Part shown: positions 46,506 to 55,956 of the stretch, piece by piece
How the letters are laid out: each line of letters opens with the position of its first letter
Position numbering within the stretch: position 1 is the first letter of the stretch
DNA from: Ferruginibacter sp.
GTDB lineage: Bacteria; Bacteroidota; Bacteroidia; Chitinophagales; Chitinophagaceae
Length of the DNA: 64,000 bases
Reading direction: 5' to 3'
Assembly: GCA_035486495.1 (NCBI GenBank)
Contig: DATHNB010000370.1
Location: 2,588-66,587 of the forward strand
The notes under the pieces: generated by a model
Databases searched by the model: none
The model's input: only the letters and a program-made list of their open reading frames with translations
Told to the model about the DNA's origin: nothing
Made by a program: the position numbers and the translations under genes

Positions 46506-48026
46506 ATGAAACTGCTATCTCCTGCCATATCACGTTTAGCAAGAATGCGCTCATGGCGCATTGAAAACTGGAGCAACAATCCGGTAGCTGTGCAGAAAAC
46601 CGTTTTGCAGGACCTTATTACAGCGGCACAGTATACAGAGTTTGGCAAAAAATATAATTTTTCCAAATTGTTTTCCGTAAAAGAATTTAAGAAAAATGTT
46701 CCCATTCATGAGTATGATGATATGAAACCATATGTAGAAAGAATGATGCAGGGCGAAGAGAATGTTTTATGGAACACACCTATAGCATGGTTTGCAAAGT
46801 CATCAGGAACTACCAGTAATAAAAGTAAATTCATTCCTATAAGTAATGAAAGCTTGAACGATAATCATTATCAAGGCTCAAAAGATGTACTGACCACATA
46901 CTACAAAAATTTTCCCTCAAGTGATCTGTTAACAGGTAAGGGCCTTGTGATTGGTGGCTCGCATCAGATAAGTAAAATAAATGATGATATTCAGTATGGC
47001 GATCTAAGTGCTGTATTGATGCAAAATTCGCCTTTTTGGGGACAATGGCTGCGTACGCCAGAATTGAGCGTAGCCTTATTAGATGAATGGGAAAATAAGA
47101 TAGAAAAGCTCGCACAATCAACTGCTGAAGAAAATGTAACATCATTAGCAGGAGTACCAACATGGACACTTTTATTGCTGAAAAGAATTTTAGAAATAAA
47201 AGGTAAATCAACCATTAAAGAGGTATGGCCAAACCTGGAACTATACATTCACGGCGGCGTCTCTTTTATACCATATCGCGAACAGTTCGATAAAATAATT
47301 GGAGGCCCAATTAACTATCTTGAAATATATAATGCCAGCGAGGGTTTTATTGCAGGACAGGATCTTCCCGGAGATGATAGCATGTTGCTCTTTACAGAAC
47401 ATGGAATATTTTACGAGTTCATGCCCGTTGAAGAATACGGAAAAGAAGATCCTCAAACGATCGGATTAAAGGAAGTACAATTGCATAAAAATTATGCATT
47501 GATAATAAGTACTACCGGCGGTTTATGGCGATACCTTATTGGCGATACTATACAATTCGCTTCTATCAATCCATACAAAATAAAAGTAACGGGCAGATTA
47601 AAACATTATATAAATGCTTTTGGCGAAGAAGTAATTATTGATAATAGTGATAACGCTATTGCGATAGCAGCAGAAAAAACCCGCGCAATAGTAAATGATT
47701 ACACAGCAGCTCCTCTTTATTTTAGTGACAATAGCAACGGCGCACACGAATGGTTAATAGAATTCGACACAGCTCCTGCTGATCTGAATCAATTCACTAT
47801 TGAATTAGATACAGCACTAAAAAATATCAATAGCGATTACGAGGCTAAACGACATAAGGATATTGCCTTGCGTTTACCTGTTATTCATTCATTATCTAAA
47901 GGAACATTTAAAGAATGGCTTCGTAGAAAAGGTAAGCTGGGCGGTCAACACAAAGTACCAAGATTGAGCAATGAAAGAGTAATTGTAGAAGAGATCTTGG
48001 CGATAATCCAAAAGCATGATCAATAG
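46506..48026 (+). CDS. GH3 auxin-responsive family acyl-acid amido synthetase-like protein
   Basis: KSSGTT…KFIP, YNASEG, WRYLIGD and GGQHKVPRL. Confidence 0.88.
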   Translation: MKLLSPAISRLARMRSWRIENWSNNPVAVQKTVLQDLITAAQYTEFGKKYNFSKLFSVKEFKKNVPIHEYDDMKPYVERMMQGEENVLWNTPIAWFAKSSGTTSNKSKFIPISNESLNDNHYQGSKDVLTTYYKNFPSSDLLTGKGLVIGGSHQISKINDDIQYGDLSAVLMQNSPFWGQWLRTPELSVALLDEWENKIEKLAQSTAEENVTSLAGVPTWTLLLLKRILEIKGKSTIKEVWPNLELYIHGGVSFIPYREQFDKIIGGPINYLEIYNASEGFIAGQDLPGDDSMLLFTEHGIFYEFMPVEEYGKEDPQTIGLKEVQLHKNYALIISTTGGLWRYLIGDTIQFASINPYKIKVTGRLKHYINAFGEEVIIDNSDNAIAIAAEKTRAIVNDYTAAPLYFSDNSNGAHEWLIEFDTAPADLNQFTIELDTALKNINSDYEAKRHKDIALRLPVIHSLSKGTFKEWLRRKGKLGGQHKVPRLSNERVIVEEILAIIQKHDQ

Positions 48027-48116
48027 CAAGCACGAAGCTTTAATGAGTTAATTTGAATAGTTCGTTTACGCTTACTAAATTCGCAAAACAAAATAAACCC
48101 TCAATAAAATTTATTC

Positions 48117-48872
48117 ATGAAATTATTACAACATAAAGTTGCCATAGTAACCGGAGCAGCTCGTGGAATTGGAGAAGGAATCGCTATTAAACTAGCAGAA
48201 CAAGGAGCAAACATTGCATTCACTTATGTAAGTGATAATAGCGCGGAAAAAGCAAAAGCGTTAGAAGCAAAACTATTTACATTAGGTGTAAAAGCTAAAG
48301 GATATAAAACCAATGCAGGAGATTTTGCAGCATGCGAAACTTTTGTAAATGATGTATTAAAAGAATTTGGATCGATTGATATATGCGTGAACAATGCAGG
48401 GATCAGTAAAGACAATTTATTGTTACGTTTAACAGAACAACAATGGGATGAAGTAATGCAAACAAATTTGAAAAGCGTTTTCAACATGACCAAACAAGTT
48501 ATTCGTCCGATGATGAAAGCAAAAAGTGGTAGCATCATTAATATGAGTAGCGTAATTGGAGAAATGGGAAATGCAGGACAAAGCAGCTATGCAGCATCAA
48601 AAGCGGGTGTAATTGGGTTTACAAAAAGTATTGCAAAAGAATTAGGTACTCGTAATATCCGTTGTAATGCAATAGCACCTGGCTTTGTAGAAACAGATAT
48701 GACTAACTATTTACAAGATGGCGATGCTGCGGAAAAATATAAACAAAGTATTCCATTAGGAAGATTTGGCACTACAGAGGATATTGCTAACCTAACATTC
48801 TTTTTAGCGAGCGATCTTAGCAGTTATGTTACGGGGCAGGTAATTAGTGTTTGTGGAGGTCTTAATATTTAA
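48117..48872 (+). CDS. fabG: 3-oxoacyl-ACP reductase
   Basis: TGAARGIG, NNAGI and YAASK. Confidence 0.92.
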   Translation: MKLLQHKVAIVTGAARGIGEGIAIKLAEQGANIAFTYVSDNSAEKAKALEAKLFTLGVKAKGYKTNAGDFAACETFVNDVLKEFGSIDICVNNAGISKDNLLLRLTEQQWDEVMQTNLKSVFNMTKQVIRPMMKAKSGSIINMSSVIGEMGNAGQSSYAASKAGVIGFTKSIAKELGTRNIRCNAIAPGFVETDMTNYLQDGDAAEKYKQSIPLGRFGTTEDIANLTFFLASDLSSYVTGQVISVCGGLNI

Positions 48873-48912
48873 TAAGTAATATTTAAATTGAATATTGATT
48901 GGAATTGAGGCT

Positions 48913-48940
48913 TAATTATTAATTACTAATTCTTATTAAT
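48913..48940 (+). repeat. Heptamer array before can
   Basis: TAATTAT TAATTAC TAATTCT TATTAAT, ending at the ATG. Confidence 0.5.
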
Positions 48941-49576
48941 ATGACTACATACGAAAAACTTTTAGTAGACAACAAAGCCTGGGCAAAAGCGCAGGAAGAA
49001 AAAGACCCTGAGTTTTTTAAACGTCTGATATCTATACAATCGCCCGAATTTTTGTGGATAGGCTGCAGTGATAGCCGGGTTCCGGCAGATAAAATTACAG
49101 GAACTCAGCCTGGCGAAATATTTGTGCATCGTAATATCGCCAATATGGTAGTGCATACGGATGTAAACCTTTTAAGTGTGTTGGATTATGCTGTAAATTA
49201 TTTAAAAGTAAAACATGTAATTGTTTGCGGGCATTATGGTTGTGGCGGTATTAAAGCAGCTATGGATAATAATGATTACAAGCCTGTACTTAATATGTGG
49301 CTGAGAAATATCAAAGATGTTTATCATCAACATAAAGATGAATTGGATTCGATAAAAAATCAGGAAAATAAAACAGATAAATTAACGGAACTAAATGTGA
49401 AGGAACAGGTAATGCATTTGGCGCAAACATCTATTATACAACGTGCCTGGCAAAATGAACAACGTCCACATTTACATGGATGGGTTTATGCATTGAAAGA
49501 TGGATTGATAAAACCTGTGCTGGAAATGGAACCTGGTACCCGCATTGATCCTTTGTACGAATATGATAATTTATAA
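48941..49576 (+). CDS. can: Beta-class carbonic anhydrase
   Basis: GCSDSRV, HRNIAN and HYGCGG zinc ligands. Confidence 0.94.
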   Translation: MTTYEKLLVDNKAWAKAQEEKDPEFFKRLISIQSPEFLWIGCSDSRVPADKITGTQPGEIFVHRNIANMVVHTDVNLLSVLDYAVNYLKVKHVIVCGHYGCGGIKAAMDNNDYKPVLNMWLRNIKDVYHQHKDELDSIKNQENKTDKLTELNVKEQVMHLAQTSIIQRAWQNEQRPHLHGWVYALKDGLIKPVLEMEPGTRIDPLYEYDNL

Positions 49577-49577
49577 G

Positions 49578-50348
49578 TTAGTGCTTGTCGGTTATTTTTA
49601 AAGAATCTTCATAATGCTTTTGTGCTTTGAATTGATAAGACGCATCTAAAATATATTGATAGAAGTCGGCTATACTGCTAGTTTGAGCAAAATAAAAACT
49701 AGGTCGGTATCTTTTCATAAAAGCATCAATATCTGTACTGTCAACTGTTGTTATTCTTTTGATCAGCGTTTTGTTAAACCTATAGTCAACATATTTATCC
49801 TGTTCTTCCCCAATTAATCTTTCTTGCATCATACGCAGATCTTTATTTCTTCTGAACCTGAATATATCAATCAATTCATCTAGATCTATACCAGCATTCC
49901 CTGTATAACCAGAAACACTAGTTTGTACACCGGGTCTTTGATAATTAAATATATAGTCATAATCTTCTCTATTTTCAATAGAATCTTCACGGTAAGTTTT
50001 AGAGGTTATTCTTACTTCTCTTAAGGTTTTGAATTTTCCAAATACCCTTACTTGTATGGATACATCAAAATTGTTCATATCGATTATCTCGCTTACAGCA
50101 AATTCCGGAGTAGATTTATTGCGGTAAATAAAAGCAAGAGAATCATTCTTTGTTACTATAATAGAATATTGACCCAAAGAATCTGTGATAGTTTGCTTGC
50201 CCGCATTGCTTTTCACTAAAACATTTTTTACGGGGATAGTCCGCGTGGAATCATATACAGTACCACTTACAGTAAGCTGAGCAAACAGATTACAGGCCGT
50301 AAATAATAAAAAAAAGGTTAAGAGGTATATTTTATGCAGATAAGCCAA
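49578..50348 (-). CDS. Hypothetical secreted protein with a carboxypeptidase-regulatory-like beta-sandwich
   Basis: Signal peptide, VSGTVYD…TDSLGQYSI pattern, L-x-EV-x-I linker. Confidence 0.6.
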   Translation of the reverse strand: MAYLHKIYLLTFFLLFTACNLFAQLTVSGTVYDSTRTIPVKNVLVKSNAGKQTITDSLGQYSIIVTKNDSLAFIYRNKSTPEFAVSEIIDMNNFDVSIQVRVFGKFKTLREVRITSKTYREDSIENREDYDYIFNYQRPGVQTSVSGYTGNAGIDLDELIDIFRFRRNKDLRMMQERLIGEEQDKYVDYRFNKTLIKRITTVDSTDIDAFMKRYRPSFYFAQTSSIADFYQYILDASYQFKAQKHYEDSLKITDKH

Positions 50349-50415
50349 TCTTTGTGTTGTTCGTGAAATACAATATTAAAGCAACAAGAGTAGTATCGTT
50401 AAGCTATGGAATTTT

Positions 50416-51018
50416 TTAACTGCGATTTCGCAATTCTACAACTTCCTCAACAATTCTTGGATAATGCAAATGTTCTAATGAATGTATTTTTTTAGCTAAT
50501 GTTGCAGCCGTATCTGATTTATCTACAATACAACTTGCCTGAAAAATAACACCGCCATGATCGTATAATTCATCAACATAATGAATAGTAATACCGCTTT
50601 CTATATCATTGGATGCAATAACGGCTTCATGTACAAAATTGCCATACATACCTTTTCCACCATATTTAGGTAACAATGCAGGATGTATATTGATGATCTT
50701 ATTCGTATAAGCCTGAATAAGCTTTACAGGAATTTTCCATAGAAAGCCCGCCAGTACTATAAAATCGATTTCAAATTGTTTTAAGTCGGAAACAAAAGCA
50801 TCTCCTTTAAAAAACCTTTCTTTATCGATCAATAAAGAAGAGATGGCCTCTTTTTTTGCGATAGACAAAACGCCAGCACCTTCTTTATTACAAACAATCA
50901 GACCAATCTTAATTGTTTTATGATCGCGGAAATGATCGATAATTTTTTGTGTATTGCTTCCTGCTCCGCTGGCAAAAATGGCGATAGTGATTTTATTAGT
51001 CAATTTTTCTTCAGACAT
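50416..51018 (-). CDS. purN: Phosphoribosylglycinamide formyltransferase
   Basis: FASGAGSN, LAGFL, INIHPALLP, SGITIH and HSLEH. ATG 51018. Confidence 0.95.
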   Translation of the reverse strand: MSEEKLTNKITIAIFASGAGSNTQKIIDHFRDHKTIKIGLIVCNKEGAGVLSIAKKEAISSLLIDKERFFKGDAFVSDLKQFEIDFIVLAGFLWKIPVKLIQAYTNKIINIHPALLPKYGGKGMYGNFVHEAVIASNDIESGITIHYVDELYDHGGVIFQASCIVDKSDTAATLAKKIHSLEHLHYPRIVEEVVELRNRS

Positions 51019-51195
51019 CAACAACTAAATTTTAATGAGTTAGGTTAAAATAAAATTAAAAACCGCTACAAACCAATAGGAGAGAAGCTTGTCCATTTTC
51101 GGTCTTTAACTTGCCTTTTTAACCTTCGGTAAAAGTCTAATAAAAAAGTGTAAATAAGCACTGCATATAAAAAAAATTGGAAAGTAATATTTGAT

Positions 51196-51213
51196 TGACA
51201 AATACATGACAAA
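51196..51213. promoter_or_regulatory. 11-bp-period direct repeat TGACAAA (Pho-box-like on minus strand)
   Basis: TGACAAA at 51196 and 51207. Confidence 0.35.
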
Positions 51214-51278
51214 GACTATATGATAATTTGCCTAATCCGCTGAAACCCACGTCAGATGGGGGAAAATTTTTTTTCAAA

Positions 51279-51314
51279 ATGTTGATATTATGTCAACATC
51301 CTTACTTATTTTTG
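51279..51314 (+). promoter_or_regulatory. act operon promoter with overlapping palindrome
   Basis: ATGTTGA-N7-TCAACAT (51279-51299) over the -33 region; TATTTTTG -7 element at 51307-51314. Confidence 0.55.
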
Positions 51315-51358
51315 CACTCCAACCAGGACATTTTACACACAAGCACAGATATTACTGT

Positions 51359-52606
51359 ATGAGTCGTTATAGAAAAATCTTTACAAAAGTCTTCGCAAGT
51401 TTAGTCTTCATTGCATTAATTTCCTTTAATAATACAAGTTTTGCCCAGGATGGCGAGGCTTTATATAAAGCTAATTGTGCCAACTGTCACAAACCTCTGG
51501 AAGATTTCACGGGTCCTGCACTGCAAGGAGCAAGAAAAAGAGAACCGAATGCAGATTGGGCCTACAATTGGGTTGATCATGTAAATACAGTAATAACAAC
51601 AGATCCTTACGCTATTGCGTTACACGCAAAGTTTGGATCCATAATGACCCAACAAAATCTTACTAAGCCTGAAATCAAAGCAATTTTAGATTGGGCAGAT
51701 AACTACAAAGCTCCTACTGCTGGTCCGGCGGGAACTCCTGGATCTACAGGCGGCGGGGATGATAACTCATTATTATACGGAATTCTTACAATAATACTTG
51801 CAGTTATAGCATTGATATTATTACAGATCAATAGCAGCTTACGCAAACTAACTGATGATAAAGAAGGAATTGTTCGTAGTGAACCGGTGCCTTTCTATCG
51901 TAATAAAACATACCTAATGCTTTGTGTTTTGGTATTGTTCTTCATTGGTGGTTATTTCCTTATCAATTCAGCCATAGGCTTAGGTCGTATGCAAGGATAC
52001 CAACCGGTACAACCTATTTATTATTCTCATAAAGTTCACGCAGGTACTAACCAGATCAGTTGTTTATACTGTCATGGTGGTGCACAGGATAGCAAAACAG
52101 CGGGTATTCCTTCTGTAAATGTTTGTATGAATTGCCATAAAGCAATTAAATCATACTCAGGTGAGCCTATTGTTACAGAGGAAGGTGTAACAATTAATGC
52201 CAACGAAGAAATACAAAAATTATATGCTTACGCAGGATGGAATCCTGATACTAAAACATACGATAAACCTGGTCGTCCTATTGAGTGGATTAGAATTCAC
52301 AACTTGCCGGATCACGTTTACTTCAACCATAGCCAACACGTAAAAGTTGGTCAACAACAGTGTCAAACCTGTCATGGTCCTATACAAGAAGAATCTCAGG
52401 TATATCAATTTGCTCCATTAAGTATGGGATGGTGTATCAATTGTCATAGAACAACTAAGGTTAATTTTTACAATAAAGAAACCGGCGAAGGCAATAAGTA
52501 TTATAGCATTTACGAAAAGTTCCATGATGATATCAAAGCAGGTAAAATGGACAGCGTAACAGTTGAAAATATTGGTGGAACTGAATGTCAAAAATGTCAT
52601 TATTAA
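51359..52606 (+). CDS. actA: Alternative complex III hexaheme cytochrome c subunit
   Basis: Six CxxCH motifs: CANCH N-terminal, then CLYCH, CMNCH, CQTCH, CINCH and CQKCH after two TMs. ATG 51359. Confidence 0.92.
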   Translation: MSRYRKIFTKVFASLVFIALISFNNTSFAQDGEALYKANCANCHKPLEDFTGPALQGARKREPNADWAYNWVDHVNTVITTDPYAIALHAKFGSIMTQQNLTKPEIKAILDWADNYKAPTAGPAGTPGSTGGGDDNSLLYGILTIILAVIALILLQINSSLRKLTDDKEGIVRSEPVPFYRNKTYLMLCVLVLFFIGGYFLINSAIGLGRMQGYQPVQPIYYSHKVHAGTNQISCLYCHGGAQDSKTAGIPSVNVCMNCHKAIKSYSGEPIVTEEGVTINANEEIQKLYAYAGWNPDTKTYDKPGRPIEWIRIHNLPDHVYFNHSQHVKVGQQQCQTCHGPIQEESQVYQFAPLSMGWCINCHRTTKVNFYNKETGEGNKYYSIYEKFHDDIKAGKMDSVTVENIGGTECQKCHY

Positions 52607-52683
52607 AATAATTTGTTAGCCTGTCGGCTGATAAACCAATTGAATAGATAAGTTTTTAATTAGCACTATCGAATTATCATATT

Positions 52684-55600
52684 ATGAGTAAAAAGCATTG
52701 GCAAAATTTTGGAGAGCTAAATCAATCTGAAGCATATCAAGAGTCTGCTAAGAATGAGTTTAAAGAAGAGCTGTTACCGTTAGAGGATCTTGATGAAGGA
52801 TTGTTGAACACTAAAAGTCCTCGTAGAGATTTTCTTAAATATTTAGGCTTTAGTACTGCGGCGGCTACTATTGCAGCTAGTTGCGAAATGCCTGTACGTA
52901 AAGTTGTTCCTTACTTACACAGACCGGATGATGTTATTCCTGGTGTTCCTAATTACTATGCTTCTACTTATGTAAATGAAGGAGATGTTATTTCAGTTGT
53001 TGTAAAACAACGTGATGGTCGTCCTATTAAGATAGAAGGTAATGAATTGTCTACTTTAACTAAAGGTGGTACAAGTGCACAAGCGCAGGCTTCTGTATTA
53101 GATCTATACGATACAACACGTTTGCGTTATCCAATGCAAAATGATGGTAAAGATTTTAAAGAAGTAACTACGTTTGATGCATTCGATAAATTAGTAGCTG
53201 CTGATCTTGCAAATCTTGGTGGAAAATCAATTGTATTGTTGACTTCAACAATCGTATCTCCAACAACAAAACAAATTATTGCAGATTTTATTGCAAAGAA
53301 TGCTGGCAGTCGCCACGTACAATATGATGCGGCTAGTTATAGTGGTATTTTGTTGGCTAATGAAGCTACTTATGGCAAAAGAGTAATTCCTTCTTACAGA
53401 TTCGATAAAGCAAAAGTTGTAGTTAGTTTAGCCGCAGACTTTTTAGGAACCTGGATCAGTCCGGTTGAATTCGCTTCTCAATATTCAGATAGCAGAAGAA
53501 TTAAATTGGAAAATCCTGCAATGAGCCGTCACATTCATTTTGAAAGCAATTTGAGTATGACAGGTAGTAATGCAGATGACCGTTTTATACATAAACCATC
53601 TGAAACAGGTGCGGTTGCATTGGCTTTGTTGGCTAAATTAGGCGGTGCTGTAACAGCTCCAACTCTTGATAATAAATTAAGCAAAGGAATTGAAGTGGCT
53701 GCTGCTGCTTTAAGCGCAAATAAAGGCGCCGCTTTAGTAGTATGTGGTAGCAATGATGTAAATATTCAGATCATTGTAAACGCTATCAACGAGGCAATTG
53801 GTGCGAATGGTACAACTATTGATTTTGCAACAACAGCAAACTATCGTCAAGGTGTAGATGCTGATATTACTAAATTAGTAGATGATATGAACGCAGGCGC
53901 TGTTGGTGCCTTGTTTGTTATCGCTACTAACCCTGCTTACAATTATTACGACAGCAAAAAATTCATAGATGGAATTAAGAAAGTTCCTGTAACAGTTTCA
54001 TTCAATGCAACAATGAACGAAACTACAGAGCTTTGTAAATATGTTATTCCTTCTCATCATTGGTTAGAAAGTTGGGGTGATGCGGAGCCTAAAACCGGCT
54101 ACTATAGCTTAATACAGCCAACTATTAATCCTCTCTTTAAGACAAGAGCATTCCAAACTTCTCTATTAAAATGGAGTGGTAATGCTGCTGATTACGAAAC
54201 TTACTTTAAATCATATTGGACAACTAAATTAGGCGGTACAAGTGATGCTTATGATAAAGCATTACAAAATGGTGTTGTAGAACCTGCTTCTACTCCTGCT
54301 ATTGGAAGTACTGCATTTAACAATGCTGCAGTAGCTGCCGCTGCTTCAAAAGCAACTGCTACTAAGGGTGGAGATATTGAAGTTGTTTTATATCAAAAAA
54401 TATCAATCGGTACAGGTAGCCAGGCTAACAATCCTTGGTTACAGGAATTACCTGATCCTGTATCAAAAATTACCTGGGATAACTATGCTTTAATAAGCCC
54501 TGCATTAGCAAAAACATTGTTAGGGTTAGATGTATTGCATAATCAGTTCCAGGGAGATAAATATGAAGTAACTCCGGAAAAGCCAACAGTTAAGGTTACT
54601 GTTAACGGACAAACTTTAGAACTAGCGGCTGTAATTATTCCGGGCCTTCATCCAAATGTAGTTGCGATTGCATTAGGTTACGGAAGAAAAAGTATCGATG
54701 AAAGCAGAACATCTGACTATATAGGTAAAGCTGCTGCTGGAGCTGGTTTTAACGCTTTTCCATTTGTGAGCTTTGATGGAACAGGTTTTATTTATTCAGC
54801 TGTTGGAACTGTTGCTACAACGGGAAATACATACCCTGTAGCACAAACACAGGTACATGGGTTAACTGAAAATCGCCCTGTTGTACATGAAACTTCTTTA
54901 GAAAAATTTATTGCTAATCCTGAGGCTGTTTTAGAAGAAGTAAATGCTGAAAGAGAAAGTTTAATTCCTTTCGGAGGTAAATCTTTTAGAGAAGATGCAA
55001 CTATTTATAGCAAATCTAGTTTAGAAAGGCCAGGAATTAAATGGGGTATGAGCATCGATTTGAATACCTGTACTGGTTGTAGTGCTTGCGTAGTAGCTTG
55101 TACTGCTGAAAATAATGTTAGCGTTGTAGGTAAAATGCAGGTTCAAAGAGCGCATGAAATGCATTGGTTGCGTATTGATCGCTACTTTACAGGAGATATA
55201 GAAAATCCGGATGTTGTATTCCAACCAATGTTATGTCAACATTGTGATAATGCTCCTTGCGAAAACGTTTGTCCGGTTGCAGCTACTAACCATAGCAGCG
55301 AAGGATTAAATCAAATGGCTTATAACCGTTGTATTGGTACAAGATATTGCGCTAATAACTGTCCGTTTAAAGTTCGTCGCTTTAACTGGTTAGATTTCAC
55401 TGGTGCTGATAGTTTCCCTGATAATCAAAAACCATTATATGGTGTAGATCTTAATGCGGTAACAGAACAAATGAATGACGATCTTACAAGAATGGTGTTG
55501 AACCCGGATGTAACAGTTCGTTCAAGAGGTGTGATGGAAAAATGTTCTTTCTGCGTACAACGTTTACAAGACAGCAAATTAGCTGCGAAAAAAGCAGAAG

Positions 55601-55830
55601 ATCCTTCTTTGGTAAGAAATGTGAAAGTTGCTTGTGCTCAAGCTTGTCCTACTAACAGTATCGTTTTTGGTAACGTAAATGATCCTGAAAGTAACGTAGC
55701 TAAGATCAGAAAAGAAGAGCATCGTAATTTCTATGTATTAGAACAATTGCACGTATTGCCGAATGTTAACTATATGGTTAAGTTCAAGAATACTGATAGA
55801 CTTGTTACGAACGATAAAGCTGAGGCTTAG
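52684..55830 (+). CDS. actB: Alternative complex III subunit B (molybdopterin-oxidoreductase-like + Fe-S domain)
   Basis: Tat-type signal RRDFLK followed by lipid-anchor-like ASC; Fe-S motifs CTGCSAC, CQHCDNAPC, CIGTRYC and CSFC. Confidence 0.93.
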   Translation: MSKKHWQNFGELNQSEAYQESAKNEFKEELLPLEDLDEGLLNTKSPRRDFLKYLGFSTAAATIAASCEMPVRKVVPYLHRPDDVIPGVPNYYASTYVNEGDVISVVVKQRDGRPIKIEGNELSTLTKGGTSAQAQASVLDLYDTTRLRYPMQNDGKDFKEVTTFDAFDKLVAADLANLGGKSIVLLTSTIVSPTTKQIIADFIAKNAGSRHVQYDAASYSGILLANEATYGKRVIPSYRFDKAKVVVSLAADFLGTWISPVEFASQYSDSRRIKLENPAMSRHIHFESNLSMTGSNADDRFIHKPSETGAVALALLAKLGGAVTAPTLDNKLSKGIEVAAAALSANKGAALVVCGSNDVNIQIIVNAINEAIGANGTTIDFATTANYRQGVDADITKLVDDMNAGAVGALFVIATNPAYNYYDSKKFIDGIKKVPVTVSFNATMNETTELCKYVIPSHHWLESWGDAEPKTGYYSLIQPTINPLFKTRAFQTSLLKWSGNAADYETYFKSYWTTKLGGTSDAYDKALQNGVVEPASTPAIGSTAFNNAAVAAAASKATATKGGDIEVVLYQKISIGTGSQANNPWLQELPDPVSKITWDNYALISPALAKTLLGLDVLHNQFQGDKYEVTPEKPTVKVTVNGQTLELAAVIIPGLHPNVVAIALGYGRKSIDESRTSDYIGKAAAGAGFNAFPFVSFDGTGFIYSAVGTVATTGNTYPVAQTQVHGLTENRPVVHETSLEKFIANPEAVLEEVNAERESLIPFGGKSFREDATIYSKSSLERPGIKWGMSIDLNTCTGCSACVVACTAENNVSVVGKMQVQRAHEMHWLRIDRYFTGDIENPDVVFQPMLCQHCDNAPCENVCPVAATNHSSEGLNQMAYNRCIGTRYCANNCPFKVRRFNWLDFTGADSFPDNQKPLYGVDLNAVTEQMNDDLTRMVLNPDVTVRSRGVMEKCSFCVQRLQDSKLAAKKAEDPSLVRNVKVACAQACPTNSIVFGNVNDPESNVAKIRKEEHRNFYVLEQLHVLPNVNYMVKFKNTDRLVTNDKAEA

Positions 55831-55842
55831 TTGATAGTAGCA

Positions 55843-55894
55843 CACAGATGAAATGTGCGACGCCACTGAAGTTGAACAATGAACAAATGTTTGG
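55843..55894 (+). ncRNA. Dispersed structured element, copy B (actB-actC spacer)
   Basis: TGAAATGTGCGACGCCACTGAAG (55849-71) then TTGAACAAT, aligning with copies A and C. Confidence 0.5.
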
Positions 55895-55914
55895 TACAAA
55901 ATAAATAAACAACA

Positions 55915-55949
55915 AAAGCTAATAGCGCATTGCTAAAAGCTGAAAGCTG
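55915..55949 (+). repeat. Heptamer array before actC
   Basis: AAAGCTA ATAGCGC ATTGCTA AAAGCTG AAAGCTG. Confidence 0.6.
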
Positions 55950-55956
55950 AAAATAT

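Noticed and set aside
51237-51262. CCGCTGAAACCCACGTCAGATGGGGG GC-rich patch upstream of actA
   Set aside because: Only a 3-4 bp stem, single occurrence, and no motif I can support.
25011-55894. The three related elements as a CRISPR array
   Set aside because: They are kilobases apart, divergent, have no spacer structure, and no cas genes are present.
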